From the human T2T-CHM13v2.0 reference genome, Homo sapiens: DNA of 64,000 nt. A model generated the notes under the pieces. It was not told where the DNA came from. It did not search any database and saw only the letters and a list, made by a program, of their open reading frames with translations. Position numbers and translations under genes: made by a program. Shown in pieces: positions 42,068 through 58,800 of this stretch (positions are counted from its first letter, which is position 1; each line of letters begins with the position of its first letter). The stretch lies in assembly GCF_009914755.1 (NCBI RefSeq), contig NC_060933.1; one strand, given 5' to 3'.

Positions 42068-45000
42068 CCCGAATAGAATGGAATGGAATGGAACGGAATG
42101 GAACGGAACGGAACGGAACGGAATGGAATGGAATGGAATGGAATGGAATGGTATGGAATGGAATGGAATGGAATGGAGTCAACGCGAGTGCAGGGGAATG
42201 TAATGGAACGGAATGCAATGGAATGGAATCATCCGGAATGGAATGGAATGGAATGGAATGGAATGGAATGGAATGGAGTCAACCCGAGTGCAATGGAATG
42301 GAGTGGAATGGAATGGAATGGAATGGAACAACCCGAATGGAATGGAATGTAATGGAGAGTAAGGGAGTTGAATAGAATCAATCCGAATGTAATGGAATGG
42401 AACGGAATGGAATGGAATGGAATGGAATGGAATGGAATGGAATGGAATGGAATGCAAAGGAATGGAATCAACCCGAGTACAATGGAATGGAATGGAATGG
42501 AATGGAATGGAATGGAATGGAATCCACCCGAGTGCAATGGAATGGAGAGGAATGGAATGGAATGGAATGGAAACTACCCGAATGGAATGGAATGTAATGG
42601 AGTGTAAGGGAATTGAATAGAATCAATCCGAATGGAACGGAATGGAATGGAACGGAATTTAATGTAATGGAATGGAATGGAATCAACCCGAGTGCAGGGG
42701 AATGGAATGGAATGGAATGCAATGGAATGGAATCATCCGGAATGGAATGTAATGGAATGCAATGGAATGGAATGGAATGGAATCAACCCGAGTGCAATGG
42801 AATGGAGTGAAATGGAATGGAATGGAATCGAATGGAAACAACCAGAATGGATTGGAATATAATGGAGTGTAAGGGAGTTGAATAGAATCAATCTGAATGT
42901 AATGAAATGGAATGGAACGGAATGGAATGCAATGGAATGGAATGGAATGGAATGGAATGCAATGGAATGGAATCAACCCGAGTACAGGGGAATGGAATGG
43001 AATGGAATGCAATGGAATGGAATCATCCGTAATGGAATGGAAAGCAATGGAATGGAATGGAATGGAATGGAATGGAATGGAATGGAATGGAATGGAATGG
43101 AATCAACTCGATTGCAATCGAATGGAATGGAATGGAATTAACCCGAATAGAATGGAATGGAATGGAATGGAATGGAACGGAAAGGAATGGAATGGAACGG
43201 AATGGAATGGAATGGAATGGAACGGAACGGAATGGAATGGAATGGAATTGAATGGAATGGAATGGAATCAACCCAACTGCAGGGGAATGGAATGGAATGG
43301 AATGCAATGGAATGGAATCATGCGGAACGGAATGCAATGGAATGGAATGGAATCAACACGAGTGCAATGGAATGGATTGGAATGGAATGGAATGGAATGG
43401 AATGGAACTACCCGAATGGAATGGAATGTAATGGAGAGTAAGGGAGTTGAATAGAATCAATCCGAATGTAATGGAAAGGAATGGAAAGGAATGGAATGGA
43501 ATGGAATGGAATGCAATGGAATGGAATCAAACCGAGTACAATGGATTGGAATGGAATGGAATGGAATGGAATGGAATGGAATCAACACGAGTGCAATGGA
43601 ATGGAGTGGAATGGAATGGAATGGAATGGAACAACGCGAATGGAATGGAATGTAATGGAGAGTAAGGGAGTTGAATAGAAACAATCCGAATGTAATGGAA
43701 TGGAACGGAATGGAATGGAATGGAATGGAATGGAATGGAATGGAATGGAATGCAATGGAAGGGAATCAACCCGAGTACAATGGAATGGAATTGAATGGAA
43801 TGGAATGGAATGGAATGGAAACAATGGAATGGAATCAACCCGAGTGCAATGGAATGGAGAGGAATGGAATGGAATGGAATGGAAACTACCCGAATGGAAT
43901 GGAATGTAATGGAGTGTAAGGGAATTGAATAGAATCAATCCAAATGGAATGGAATGGAATGGAACGGAATGTAAAGAATGGAATGGAATGGAATCAACGC
44001 GAGTGCAGGGGAATGGAATGGAATGGAATGCAACGGAATGGAATCATCCGGAATGGAATGGAATGGAATGCAATGGAATGGAATGGAATGGAATCAACCC
44101 GAGTGCAATGGAATGGAGTGAAATGGAATGGAATGGAATGGAAACAACCAGAATGGATTGGAATATAATGGAGTGTAAGTGAATTGAATAGAATCAATCT
44201 GAATGTAATGAAATGGAATGGAACGGAATGGAATGGAATGGAATGGAATTGAATGGAATGGAATGGAATGCAATGGAATGGAATCAACCCGAGTGCAATC
44301 GAATGGAATCGAATGGAATGGAATGCAATGGAATGGATTCAACTTGAATGGAATGGAAAGAATGGAATCAACACGAGTGGAATGGCATGGATTGGAATGG
44401 AATGGAATGGAATCAACCCGAGTACAGGGGAATGGAATGGAATGGAATGCAATGGAATGGAATCATCCGTAATGGAATGGAAAGGAATGCAGTGGAATGG
44501 AATGGAATGGAATGGAATCAACTCGATTGCAATCGAATGGAATGGAATGGAATTAACCCGAATAGAATGGAATGGAATGGAATGGAACGGAACGGAATGG
44601 AATGGAATGGAATGGAATGCAACGGAACGGAACGGAATGGAATGGAATGGAATGGAATGGAATGGAATGGAATGGAATCAACGCGAGTGCACGGGAATGG
44701 AATGGAATGGAATGCAATGGAATGGAATCTTCCGGAATGGAATGGAATGGAATGGAATGGAATGGAATGGAATGGAATCAACCCGAGTGCAATGGAATGG
44801 AGTGGAATGGAATGTAATGGAATGGAACAACCCGAATGGAATGGAATGGAATGGAGAGTAAGGGAGTTGAATAGAATCAATCTGAATGGAATGGAATGGA
44901 ATGGAACGGAATGGAATTGAATGGAATGGAATGGAATGCAATGGAATGGAATCAACCCGAGTGCAATGGAATGGAGAGGAATGGAATGGAATATAATGGA

Positions 45001-48000
45001 ATGGAACAACCCGAATGGAATGGAATGGAATGGAGAGTAAGGGAGTTGAATAGAATCAATCCGAATGGAATGGAATGGAATGGAACGGAATGGAATTGAA
45101 TGGAATGGAATGGAATGCAATGGAATGGAATCAACCCGAGTGCAATGGAATGGAGAGGAATGGAATGGAATGGAATGGAAACTACCCGAATGGAATGGAA
45201 TGTAATGGAGTGTAAGGGAATTGAATAGAATCAATCCGAATGTAATGGAATCGAATGGAAAGGAATGGAATGGAATGGAATGGAATGGAATGGAATGGAA
45301 TGGAATGGAATGCAATGGAATGGAATCAACCCGAGTGCAATCGAATGGAATCGAATGGAATGGAATACAATGGAATGGATTCAACTTGAATGGAATGGAA
45401 AGAATGGAATCAACACGAGTGGAATGGCATGGATTGGAATGGAATGGAATGGAATCAACCCGAGTACAGGGGAATGGAATGGAATGGAATGCAATGGAAT
45501 GGAATCATCCGTAATGGAATGGAAAGGAATGGAATGGAATGGAATGGAATGGAATGGAATGGAATGGAATGGAATGGAATCAACTCGATTGCAATCGAAT
45601 GGAATGGAATGGAATTAACCCGAATAGAATGGAATGGAATGGAATGGAACGGAACGGAATGGAATGGAATGGAATGGAATGGAATGGAATGGAATCAACG
45701 CGAGTGTAGGGCAATTGAATGGAATGGAATGTAATGGAATGGAATCTTCCGGAATGGAATGGAATGGAATGGAATGGAATGGAATGGAATCAACTCGATT
45801 GCAATCGAATCGAATGGAATGGAATTAACCCGAATAGAATGGAATGGAATGGAATGGAACGGAACGTAATGGAATGGAATGGAATAGAATGGAATGGAAT
45901 GGAATGGAACGGAACGGAATGGAATGGAATGGAATGGAATCAACGCGAGTGCATGCGAATGGAATGGAATGGAATGCAATGGAATGGAATCTTCCGAAAT
46001 GGAATGGAATGGAATGGAATGGAATGAAATGCAATGGGTTCAACTCGATTGCAATGGAATGGAACAGAATGGAATGGAATGGAATGGAATGGAATTAATT
46101 CGAATAGAATGGAATGGAATGGAATGGAACGGAATGAAACGGAATGGAATGTAATGGAATGGAATTGTATGGAACGGAATGGAATGGTACGGAATAGAAT
46201 GGAATGGAAAGAATTGTAATGGAATGGAATTGAATGGAATGGAATGGAATGGAATGGAATGGAATCAACGCGAGTGCAGGGGAATGTAATGGAACGGAAT
46301 GCAATGGAATGGAATCATCCGCAATGGAATGGAATGGAATGGAATGGAATGGAATGGAATGGAATGGAATCAACCCGAGTGCAATGGAATGGAGTGGAAT
46401 GGAATGGAATGGAACAACCCGAATGGAATGGAATGTAGCGGAGAGTAAGGGAGTAGAATAGAATCAATCCGAATGTAATGGAATGGAATGCAACGGAATG
46501 GAATGGAATGGAATGGAATGGAATGCAATGGAATTGAATCAACCCGAGTACAATGGAATGGAATGGAATGGAATGGAATGGAAGGGAATGGAATGGAATG
46601 GAATGATACGGAACAGAATGGAATGGAACGAAATGGAATGGAATGGAATGGAATGCAATGGAATGGAATGGAATGGAATGGAATGGAATGGAATCGTTCC
46701 GAGTGGAATAGGAGGGAAAGTATTCGAGTGGAATGGAAAGGAATGGAATCAACCAGAATGGAATGGAAGGGAATGGAATGGAATGGATACTAATAGAATG
46801 GAATCAACCCGAGAGGAATGGAATGGAAAGGACTGGAATGGAATGGAATGGAATGGAATCAACTCGATTGTAATGGAATGGAATGGAATGAAATGGAATG
46901 GAATGGAATTAACCCGAATACAATGCAATGGAATGGAATGGAACGGAATGGAGTGGAATGGAATGGAATCAACCCGAGTGCAGGGGAATGGAATGGAATG
47001 GAATGCAATGGAATGGAATCATCCGGAATGGAATGGAATGGAATGGAATGCAAAGCAATGGAATCAACTCGATTGCAATGGAATGGAATGGAATGGAAAG
47101 GAATACATTGGAATCAACCCGAGTGGAATGGAATGGAAAGGACTGGAATGGAGTGGAATGGAATGGAATGGAATGGAATGGAATGGAATGGAATCAACTC
47201 GATTGGAATGGAATGGAATGGAATGGAATGGAATGGAATGGAATTAACCCGAATAGAATGGAATGGAATGGAATGGAACGGAAAGGAACAGAATGGAATG
47301 GAATGGAATGGAATGGAATGGAATGGAATGGAAACAACCCGACTGCAGGGGAATGGAATGGAATGGAATGCAAAGGAATGGATTCAACTTGAATGGAATG
47401 GAAAGAATGGAATCAACACGAGTGGAATGGCATGGATTGGAATGGAATGGAATGGAATCTACCCGAGTACAGGGGAATGGAATGGAATGGAATGCAATGG
47501 AATGGAATGGAATGGAATGGAATGGAATCAACTCGATTGCAATCGAATGGAATGGAATGGAATTAACCCGAATAGAATGGAATGGAATGGAATGGAACGG
47601 AACGGAACGGAATGAAATGGATTTGAATGGAATGGAATGGAATGGAATGGAACGGAAAGGAATGGAATGGAATGGAATGGAATGGAATGGAATGGAATGG
47701 AATGGAATCAACGCGAGTGCAGGGGAATGGAATGGAATGGAATGCAATGGAATGGAATCTTCCGGAATGGAATGGAATGGAATGGAATGGAATGGAACGG
47801 AATAAACCCGAGTGCAATGGAATGGAGTGGAATGGAATGGAAATGAATGGAACGGAACAAACCCGAGTGCAATGGAATGGAGTGGAATGGAATGGAATGG
47901 AATTGAACAACCCGAATGGAATGGAATGTAATGGAGAGTAAGGGAGTTGAATAGAATGAATCCGAATGTAATGGAATGGAATGGAACGGAATGGAATTGA

Positions 48001-51000
48001 ATGGAATGGAATGGAATGCAATGGAATGGAATCAACCCGAGTTCAATGGAATGGATAGGAATGGAATGGAATGGAATGGAAACTACCCGAATGGAATGGA
48101 ATGTAATGGAGTGTAAGGGAATTGAATAGAATCAATCCGAATGTAATGGAATGGAATAGAACGGAATGGAATGGAATGGAATGGAATGGAATGGAATGCA
48201 ATGGAATGGAATCAAACCGAGTGCAATCGAATGGAATCGAATGGAATGGAATGCAATGGAATGGATTCAACTTGAATGGAATGGAAAGAATGGACTCAAC
48301 ACGAGTGGAAGGGCATGGATTGGAATGCAATGGAATGGAATCAACCCGAGTACAGGGGAATGGAATGGAATGGAATATAATGGAATGGAATCATCCGTAA
48401 TGGAATGGAAAGGAATGGAATGGAATGGAATGGAATGGAATGGAATGGAATGGAATCAACTCGATTGCAATTGAATGGAATGGAATGGAATTAACCCGAA
48501 TAGAATGGAATGGAATGGAATGGAATGGAATGGAACGGAAAGGAAGGGAATGGAATGGAATAGAATGGAATGGAATGGAATCAACGCGAGTGCAGGGGAA
48601 TGGAATGGAATGGAATGCAATGGAATGGAATCTTCCGGAATGGAATGGAATGGAATGGAATGGAATGGAATGGGATCAACCGGAGTGCAATGGAATGGAG
48701 TGGAATGGAATGGAATGGAATGGAATAACCCGAATGGAATGGAATGTAATGGAGAGTAAGGGAGTTGAATAGAATCAATCCGAATGTAATGGAATGGAAT
48801 GGAACGGAATGGAATTGAATGGAATGGAATGGAATACAATGGAATGGAATCAACCCGAGTTCAATGGAATGGAGAGGAATGCAATGGAATTGAATGGAAA
48901 CTACCCGAATGGAATGGAATGTAATGGAGTGTAAGGGAATTGAATAGAATCAACCCGAATGTAATGGAATGGAATGGAACGGAATGGAATGGAATGGAAT
49001 GGAATGGAATGGAATGGAATGCAATGGAATGGATTCAACTTGAATGGAATGGAAAGAATGGAATCAACACGAGTGGAATGGCATGGATTGGAATGGAATG
49101 GAATGGAATCAACCCGAGTACAGGGGAATGGAATGGAATGGAATGCAATGGAATGGAATCATCCGTAATGGAATGGAAAGGAATAGAATGGAATGGAATG
49201 GAATGGAATCAACTCGATTGCAATCGAATGGAATGGAATGGAATTAACCCGAATAGAATGGAATTGAATGGAATGGAACGGAACGGAATGGAATGGAATG
49301 GAATGGAATGGAACGGAAAGGAAGGGAATGGAATGGAATAGAATGGAATGGAATGGAATCAACGCGAGTGCAGGGGAATGGAATGGAATGGAATGCAATG
49401 GAATGGAATCATCCGTAATGGAATGGAAAGGAATGGAATGGAATGGAATGGAATGGAATGGAATGGAATCAACTCGTTTGCAATCGAATGGAATGGAATG
49501 CAATTAACCCGAATAGAATGGAATGGAATGGAATGGAATGGAACGGAACGGAATGGAACGGAACGGAGTGCAATGGAATGGAATGGAATTGTATGGAATG
49601 GAATGGCATGGTACGGAATAGAATGGAATGGAAAGAATTGGAATGGAATGCAATCGAATGGAATGGAATGGAATGGAATGGAATCAACCCGAGTGCAGGG
49701 GAATGTAATGGAAAGGAATGAAATGGAATGGAATCATCCGGAATGGAATGGAATGGAATGGAATGGAATGGAATGGAATGGAATGGAATGGAATCAACCC
49801 GAGTGCAATGGAATGGAGTGGAATGGAATGGAATGGAATGGAACAACCCGAATGGAATGGAATGTAATGGAGAGTAAGGGAGTTCAATAGAATCAATCCG
49901 AATGTAATGGAATGGAACGGAATGGAATGGAATGGAATGGAATGGAATGCAATGGAATGGAATCAACCCGAGTACAATGGAAAGGAATGGAATGGAATGC
50001 AATGGAATGGAATGGAATGGAATGGAATGGAATGGAATGGAATCAACCCGAGTGCAATGGAATGGAGAGGAATGGAATGGAATGGAATGGAAACTACCCG
50101 AATGGAATGGAATGTAATGGAGCGTAAGGGAATTGAATAGAATCAATCCGAATGGAATGGAATGGAATGGAACGGAATGTAATGGAATGGAATGGAATGG
50201 AATCAACCCGAGTGCAGACGAATGGAATGGAATGGAATGCAATGGAATGGAATCATCCGGAATGGAATGGAATGGAATGCAATGGAGTGGAATGGAATGG
50301 AATCAACCCGAGTGCAATGGAATGGAGTGAAATGGAATGGAATGGAATGGAAACAACCAGAATGGATTGGAATATAATGGACTGTAAGGGAATTGAATAG
50401 AATCAATCTGAATGTAATGAAATGGAATGGAACGGAATGGAATGGAATGGAATGGAATGGAATGGAATGCAATGTAATGGAATCAACCCGAGTGCAATCG
50501 AATGGAATCGAATGGAATGGAATGCAATGGAATGGATTCAACTTGAATGGAACGGAAAGAATGGAATCAACACGAGTGGAATGGCATGGATTGGAATGGA
50601 ATGGAATGGAATCAACCCGAGTACAGGGGAATGGAATGGAATGGAATGCAATAGAATGGAATCATCAGTAATGGAATGGAAAGGAATGGAAAGGACTGGA
50701 ATGGAATGTAATGTAATGGAATGGAATGGAATCAACTCGATTGCAATCGAATGGAATGGAATGGAATGGAATCAACTCGATTGCAATCGAATGGAATGGA
50801 ATGGAATTAACCCGAATAGAATGGAATGGAATGGAATGGAACGGAACGGAATGGAATGGAATGGAACGGAACGGAATGGAATGGAACGGAAAGGAATGGA
50901 ATGGAATGGAATGGAATGGAATGGAATGGAATGGAATGGAATCAACGCGAGTGCAGGGGAATGGAATGGAATCGAATGGAATGGAAAGGAATGGAATGGA

Positions 51001-52859
51001 ATCAACCCGATTGCAGGGGAATGTAATGGAACGGAATGCAATGGAATGGAATCATCCGGAATGGAATGGAATGGAATCAACCCGAGTGCAATGGAATGGA
51101 GTGGAATGGAATGGAATGGAATGGAACAACCCGAGTACAATGGAATGGAATGGAATGGAATGGAATGGAATGGAATGCAATGGAATGGAATCTTCCGGAA
51201 TGGAATGGAAAGGAATGGAATGGAATGGAATGGAATTCAATGGATTCAACTCGATTGCAATGGAATGGAATAGAATGGAATGGAATGGAATGGAATGGAA
51301 TGGAATTAAACCGAATAGAATGGAATGGAACGGAACAGAACGGAACGGAACGGAACGGAGTGGAATGGAATGGAATGGAATTGTATGGAATGGAATGGAA
51401 TGGTACGGAATAGAATGGAATGGAAAGAATTGTAATGGAATGGAATGGAATGGAATGGAATGGAATCAACCCGAGTGCAGGGGAATGTAATGGAACGGAA
51501 TGCAATGGAATGGAATCATCCGGAATGGAATGGAATGGAATGGAATGGAATGGAATGGAATGGAATCAACCCGAGTGCAATGGAATGGAGTGGAATGGAA
51601 TGGAATGGAATGGAACAACCCGAATGGAATGGAATGTAATGGAGAGTAAGGGAGTTGAATAGAATCAATCCGAATGTAATGGAATGGAACGGAATGGAAT
51701 GGAATGGAATGGAATGGAATGGAATGGACTGGAATGCAATGGAATGGAATTAACCCGAGTACAATGGAACGGAATGGAATGGAATGTAATGGAATGTAAT
51801 GGAATGGAATGGAATGGAATGGAATGGAATGGAATGGAGTCAACCCGAGTGCAATGGAATGGAGAGGAATGGAATGGAATGGAATGCAATGGAATGGAAT
51901 CATCCGGAATGGAATGTAATGGAATGGAATGCAAAGCAATGGAATCAACTCGATTGCAATGGAATGGAATGAAATGGAATGGAAAGGAATACATTGGAAT
52001 CAACCCGAGTGGAATGGAATGGAAAGGACTGGAATGGAGTGGAATGGAATGGAATGGAATGGAATGGAATCAACTCTATTGGAATGGAATGGAATGGAAT
52101 GGAATGGAATGGAATGGAATTAACCCGAATAGAATGGAATGGAATGGAATGGAATGGAACGGAATGGAATGGAATGGAATGGAATGGAAGGGAATGGAAT
52201 GGAATGGAAACAACCCGACTGCAGGGGAATGGAATGGAATGGAATGGAATGGAATGATACGGAATAGAATGGAATGGAACGAAATGGAATGGAATGGAAT
52301 GGAATGGAATGGATTGGAATGGAATGGAATCGTTCCGAGTGGAATAGGAGGGAATGTATTCGAGTGGAATGGAAAGGAATGGAATCAACCAGAGTGGAAT
52401 GGAAGGGAATGGAATGGAATGGAAACTAATAGAATGGAATCAACCCGAGTGGAATGGAATGGAAAGGACTGGAATGGAATGGAATGGAATGGAATCAACT
52501 CGATTGTAATGGAATGGAATGGAATGGAATGGAATGGAATCAACCCGAGTACAATGGAATGGAATGGAATGGAATGGAATGGAATGGAATGGAATGGAAT
52601 GGAATGATACGGAATAGAATGGAATGGAACGAAAGGGAATGGAATGGAAGGGAATGGAATGGAATGGAATGGAAAGGAATGGAATGGAATCGTTCCGAGT
52701 GGAATAGGAGGGAATGTATTCGAGTGGAATGGAAAGGAATGGAATCAACCAGAGTGGAATGGAATGGAATGGAATGGAATGGAATGGAATGGAATGCAAT
52801 GGAATGGAATCAAACCGAGTGCAATCGAATGGAATCGAATGGAATGGAATGCAGTGGAA

Positions 52860-55800
52860 TGGATTCAACTTGAATGGAATGGAAAGAATGGAATCAACAC
52901 GAGTGGAATGGCATGGATTGGAATGGAATGGAATGGAATCAACCCGAGTACAGGGGAATGGAATGGAATGGAATGCAATGGAATGGAATCATCCGTAATG
53001 GAATGGAAAGGAATGGAATGGAATGGAATGGAATGGAATGGAATGGAATCAACTCGATTGCAATCGAATGGAATGGAATGGAATTAACCCGAATAGAATG
53101 GAATGGAATGGAATGGAACGGAACGGAATGGAATGGAATGGAATGGAATGGAATGGAATGGAACGGAAAGGAAGGGAATGGAATGGAATAGAATGGAATG
53201 GAATGGAATCAACGCGAGTGCAGGGGAATGGAATGGAATGGAATGCAATGGAATGGAATCTTCCGGAATGGAATGGAATGGAATGGAATGGAATGGAATA
53301 AACCCGAGTACAATGGAATGGAGTGGAATGGAATGGAATGGAATGGAACAACCCGAATGGAATGGAATGTAATGGAGAGTAAGGGAGTTGAATAGAATCA
53401 ATCCGAATGTAATGGAATGGAATGGAACGGAATGGAATTGAATGGAATGGAATGGAATGCAATGGAATGGAATCAACCCGAGTGCAATGGAATGGAGACG
53501 AATGGAATGGAATGGAATGGAAACTACCCGAATGGAATGGAATGTAATGGAGTGTAAGGCAATTGAATAGAATCAATCCGAATGTAATGGAATGGAATGG
53601 AACGGAATGGAATGGAATGGAATGGAATGGAATGGAATGGAATGGAATGCAATGGAATGGAATCAACCCGAGTGCAATCGAATGGAATCGAATGGAATGG
53701 AATGCAATGGAATGGATTCAACTTGAATGGAATGGAAAGAATGGAATCAACACGAGTGGAACGGCATGGATTGGAATGGAATGGAATGGAATCAACCCGA
53801 GTACAGGGGAATGGAATGGAATGGAATGCAATGGAATGGAATCATCCGTAATGGAATGGAAAGGAATGGAATGGAATGGAATGGAATGGAATGGAATGGA
53901 ATCAACTCGATTGCAATCGAATGGAATGGCATGGAATTAACCCGAATAGAATGGAATGGAATGGAACGGAACGGAATGGAATGGAATGGAATGGAACGGA
54001 ACGGAATGTAATGGAATGGAATGGAATGGAATCAACGCGAGTGCAGGGGAATGGAATGGAATGGAATGCAATGGAATGCAAACTTCCGGAATGGAATGGA
54101 ATGGAATGGAATGAAATGCAATGGATTCAACTCGATTGCAATGGAATGGAATAGAATGGAATGGAATGGAATGGAATGGAATTAATCCGAATAGAATGGA
54201 ATGGTATGGAATGGAATGGAAAGGTACGGAATAGAATGGAATGGAACGAATTGTAATGGAATGGAATTGAATGGAATGGAATGGAATGGAATGGAATCAA
54301 CACGAGTGCAGGGGAATGTAATGAAACGGAATGCAATGGAATGGAATCATGCGGAATGGAATGGAATGGAATGGAATGGAATGGAATGAAATGGAATGGA
54401 ATCAACCCGAGTGCAATGGAATGGAGTGGAATGGAATGGAATGGAATGGAACAACCCGAATGGAATGGAATGTAATGTAGAGTAAGGGAGTTGAAGAGAA
54501 TCAATCCGAATGTAATGGAATGGAATGCAACGGAATGGAATGGAATGGAATGGAATGGAATGCAATGGAATGGAATCAACCCGAGTACAATGGAATGGAA
54601 TGGAATGGAATGGAATGGAATGGAATGGAATGGAATGGAATAGAATGATACGGAATAGAATGGAATGGAACGAAATGGAATGGAATGGAATGGAATCGTT
54701 CTGAGTGGAATAGGAGGGAATGTATTCGAGTGGAATGGAAAGGAATGGAATCAACCAGAGTGGAATGGAAGGGAATGGAATGGAATGGAAACTAATAGAA
54801 TGGAATCAACCCGAGTGGAATGGAATGGAAAGGACTGGAATGGAATGGAATGGAATGGAATCAACTCGATTGTAATGGATTGGAATGGAATGGAATGGAA
54901 TGGAATTAACCCGAATACAATGGAATGGATTGGAATGGAATGGAATGGAGTGGAATGGAATGGAATCAACCCGAGTGCAGGGGAATGGAATGGAATGGAA
55001 TGCAATGGAATGGAATCATCCGGAATGGAATGGAATGGAATGGAATGCAAAGCAATGGAATCAACTCGATTGCAATGGAATGGAATGGAATGGAAAGGAA
55101 TACATTGGAATCAACCCGAGTGGAATGGAATGGAAAGGACTGGAATGGAGTGGAATGGAATGGAATGGAATGGAATGGAATTGAATGGAATCAACTTGAT
55201 TGAAATGGAATGGAATGGAATGGAATGGAATGGAATGGAATCAACCCGACTGCAGGGGAATGGAATGGAATGGAATGCAATGGAATGGATTCAACTTGAT
55301 TGGAATGGAAAGAATGGAATCAACACGAGTGGAATGGCATGGATTGGAATGGAATGGAATGGAATCAACCCGAGTACAGGGGAATGGAATGGAATGGAAT
55401 GCAATGGAATGGAATCATCCGTAATGGAATGGAAAGGAAAGGAATGGAATGGAATGGAATGGAATGGAATGGAATGGAATGGAATGGAATCAACTCGATT
55501 GCAATCGAATGGAATGGAATGGAATTAACCCGAATAGAATGGAATGGAATGGAATGGAACGGAACGGAACGGAACGGAATGGAATGGAATGGAATGGAAT
55601 GGAATGGAATGGAACGGAACGGAAAGGAAGGGAATGGAATGGAATGGAATGGAATGGAATGGAATGGAATCAACGCGAGTGCAGGGGAATGGAATGGAAT
55701 GGAATGCAATGGAATGGAATCTTCCGGAATGGAATGGAATTGAATGGAATGGAATGGAATGGAATGGAATAAACCCGAGTGCAATGGAATGGAGTGGAAT

Positions 55801-58800
55801 GGAATGGAATGGAATGGAACAACCCGAATGGAATGGAATGTAATGGAGACTAAGGGAGTTGAATAGAATCAATCCGAATGTAATGGAATGGAATGGAACG
55901 GAATGGAATTGAATGGAATGGAATGGGATGCAATGGAATGGAATCAACCCGAGTACAATGGAATGGAATGGAATGGAATGGAATGGAATGGAATGGAATC
56001 AACCCGAGTGCAATGGAATGGAGTGGAATGGAATGGAATGGAATGGAACAACCCGAATGGAATGGAATGTAATGGAGAGTAAGGGAGTTGAATAGAATCA
56101 ATCCGAATGTAATGGAATGGAATGGAATTGAATGGAATGGAATGGAATGCAATGGAATGGAATCAACCCGAGTGCAATGGAATGGAGTGGAATGGAATGG
56201 AATGCAATGGAACAACCCGAATGGAATGGAATGTAATGGAGAGTAAGGGAGTTGAAAAGAATCAATCCGAATGGAATGGAATGGAATGGAACGGAACAGA
56301 ATGGAATGGAATGGAATGGAATGGAATGGAATGGAATGGAATGCAATGGAATGGAATCAACCCGAGTACAATGGAATGGAATGGAATGGAATGGAATGGA
56401 ATGGAATGGAATGCAATGGAATGGAATCTTCCGGAATGGAATGGAATGGAATGGAATGGAATGGAATGGAATGCAATGGATTCAACTCGATTGCAATGGA
56501 ATGGAATAGAATGGAATGGAATGGAATGGAATGGAATGGAATTAAACGGAATAGAATGGAATGGAATGGAATGGAACGGAACAGAACGTAACGGAACGGA
56601 ACGGAGTGGAATGGAATGGAATGGAATTGTATGGAATGGAATGGAATGGTACGGAATAGAATGGAATGGAAAGAATTGGAATGGAATGGAATGGAATGGA
56701 ATGGAATGGAATGGAATGGAATCAACCCGAGTGCAGGGGAATGTAATGGAACGGAATGCAATGGAATGGAATCATCCGGAATGGAATGGAATGGAATGGA
56801 ATGGAATGGAATGGAATGGAATCAATCTGAGCGCAATGGAATGGAGTGGAATGGAAGGGAAAGGAATGGAACAACCCGAATGGAATGGAATGTAATGGAG
56901 AGTAAGGGAGTTGAATAGAATCAATCCGAATGTAATGGAATGGAACGGAATGGAATGGAATGGAATGGAATGGAATGGAATGGAATGGAATGGAATGCAA
57001 TGGAATGGAATCAACCCGAGTGCAATTGAATGGAATCCAATGGAATGGAATGCAATGGAATGGATTCAACTTGAATGGAATGGAAAGAATGGAATCAACA
57101 CGAGTGGAATGGCATGGATTGGAATGGAATGGAATGGAATCAACCCGAGTATAGGGGAATGGAATGGTATGGAATGCAATGGAGTGGAATCATCCGTAAT
57201 GGAATGGAAAGGAATGGAATGGAATGGAATGGAATGGAATGGAATGGAATGGAATCCACTCGATTGCAATCGAATGGAATGGAATGGAATTAACACGAAT
57301 AGAATGGAATGGAATGGAATGGAACGGAACGGAATGGAATGGAATGGGATGGAATGGAATGGAACGGAAAGGAAGGGAATGGAATGGAATAGAATGGAAT
57401 GGAATGGAATCAACGCGAGTGCAGGGGAATGGAATGGAATGGAATGCAATGGGATGGAATCTTCCGGAATGGAATGGAATGGAATGGAATGGAATGGAAT
57501 GGAATGGAATCCACCCGAGTGCAATGGAATGGAGTGGAATGGAATGGAATGGAATGGAACAACCCGAATGGAATGGAATGTAATGGAGAGTAAGGGAGTT
57601 GAATAGAATCAATCCGAATGTAATGGAATGGAATGGAACGGAATGGAATTGAATGGAATGGAATGGAATGCAATGGAATGGAATCAACCCGAGTGCAATG
57701 GAATGGAGAGGAATGGAATGGAATGGAATGGAAACTACCCGAATGGAATGGAATGTAATGGAGTGTAAGGGAATTGAATAGACTCAATCCGAATGTAATG
57801 GAATGGAATGGAACGGAATGGAATGGAATGGAATGGAATGGAATTGAATGCAATGGAATGGAATCAACCCGAGTGCAATCGAATGGAATCCAATGGAATG
57901 GAAAGCAATGGAATGGATTCAACTTGAATGGAATGGAAAGAATGGAATCAGCACGAGTGGAATGGCATGGATTGGAATGGAATGGAATGGAATCAACCCG
58001 AGTACAGGGGAATGGAATGGAATGGAATGCAATGGAATGGAATCATCCGTAATGGAATGGAAAGGAATGGAATGGAATGGAATGGAATGGAATGGAATGG
58101 AATCAACTCGATTGCAATCGAATGGAATGGAATGGAATTAACCCGAATAGAATGGAATGGAATGGAATGGAACAGAACGGAATGGAATGGAATGGAACGG
58201 AATGGAATGGAATGGAATGGAATGGAATGGAATGGAATGGAATCAACGCGAGTGCAGGGGAAAGGAATGGAATGGAATGCAATGGAATGGAATCTTCCGG
58301 AATGGAATGGAATGGAATGGAATGGAATGAAATGCAAAGGATTCAACTCGATTGCAATGGAATGGAATAGAATGGAATGGAATGGAATGGAATGGAATTA
58401 ATTCGAATAGAATGGAATGGAATGGAATGGAACGGAATGGAACGGAATGGAATGGAATGGAATGGTATGGAATGGAATGGAATGGTACGGAATAGAATGG
58501 AATGGAACGAATTATAATGGAATGGAATTGAATGGAATGGAATGGAATGGAATGGAATCAACGCGAGTGCAGGGGAATGTAATGGAACGGAATGCAATGG
58601 AATGGAATCATCCGGAATGGAATGGAATGGAATGGAATGGAATGGAATCAACCCGAGTGCAATGGAATGGAGTGGAATGGAATGGAATGGAATGGAACAA
58701 CCCGAATGGAATGGAATGTAATGTAGAGAAAGGGAGTTGAATAGAATCAATCCGAATGTAATGGAATGGAATGCAACGGAATTGAATGGAATGGAATGGA

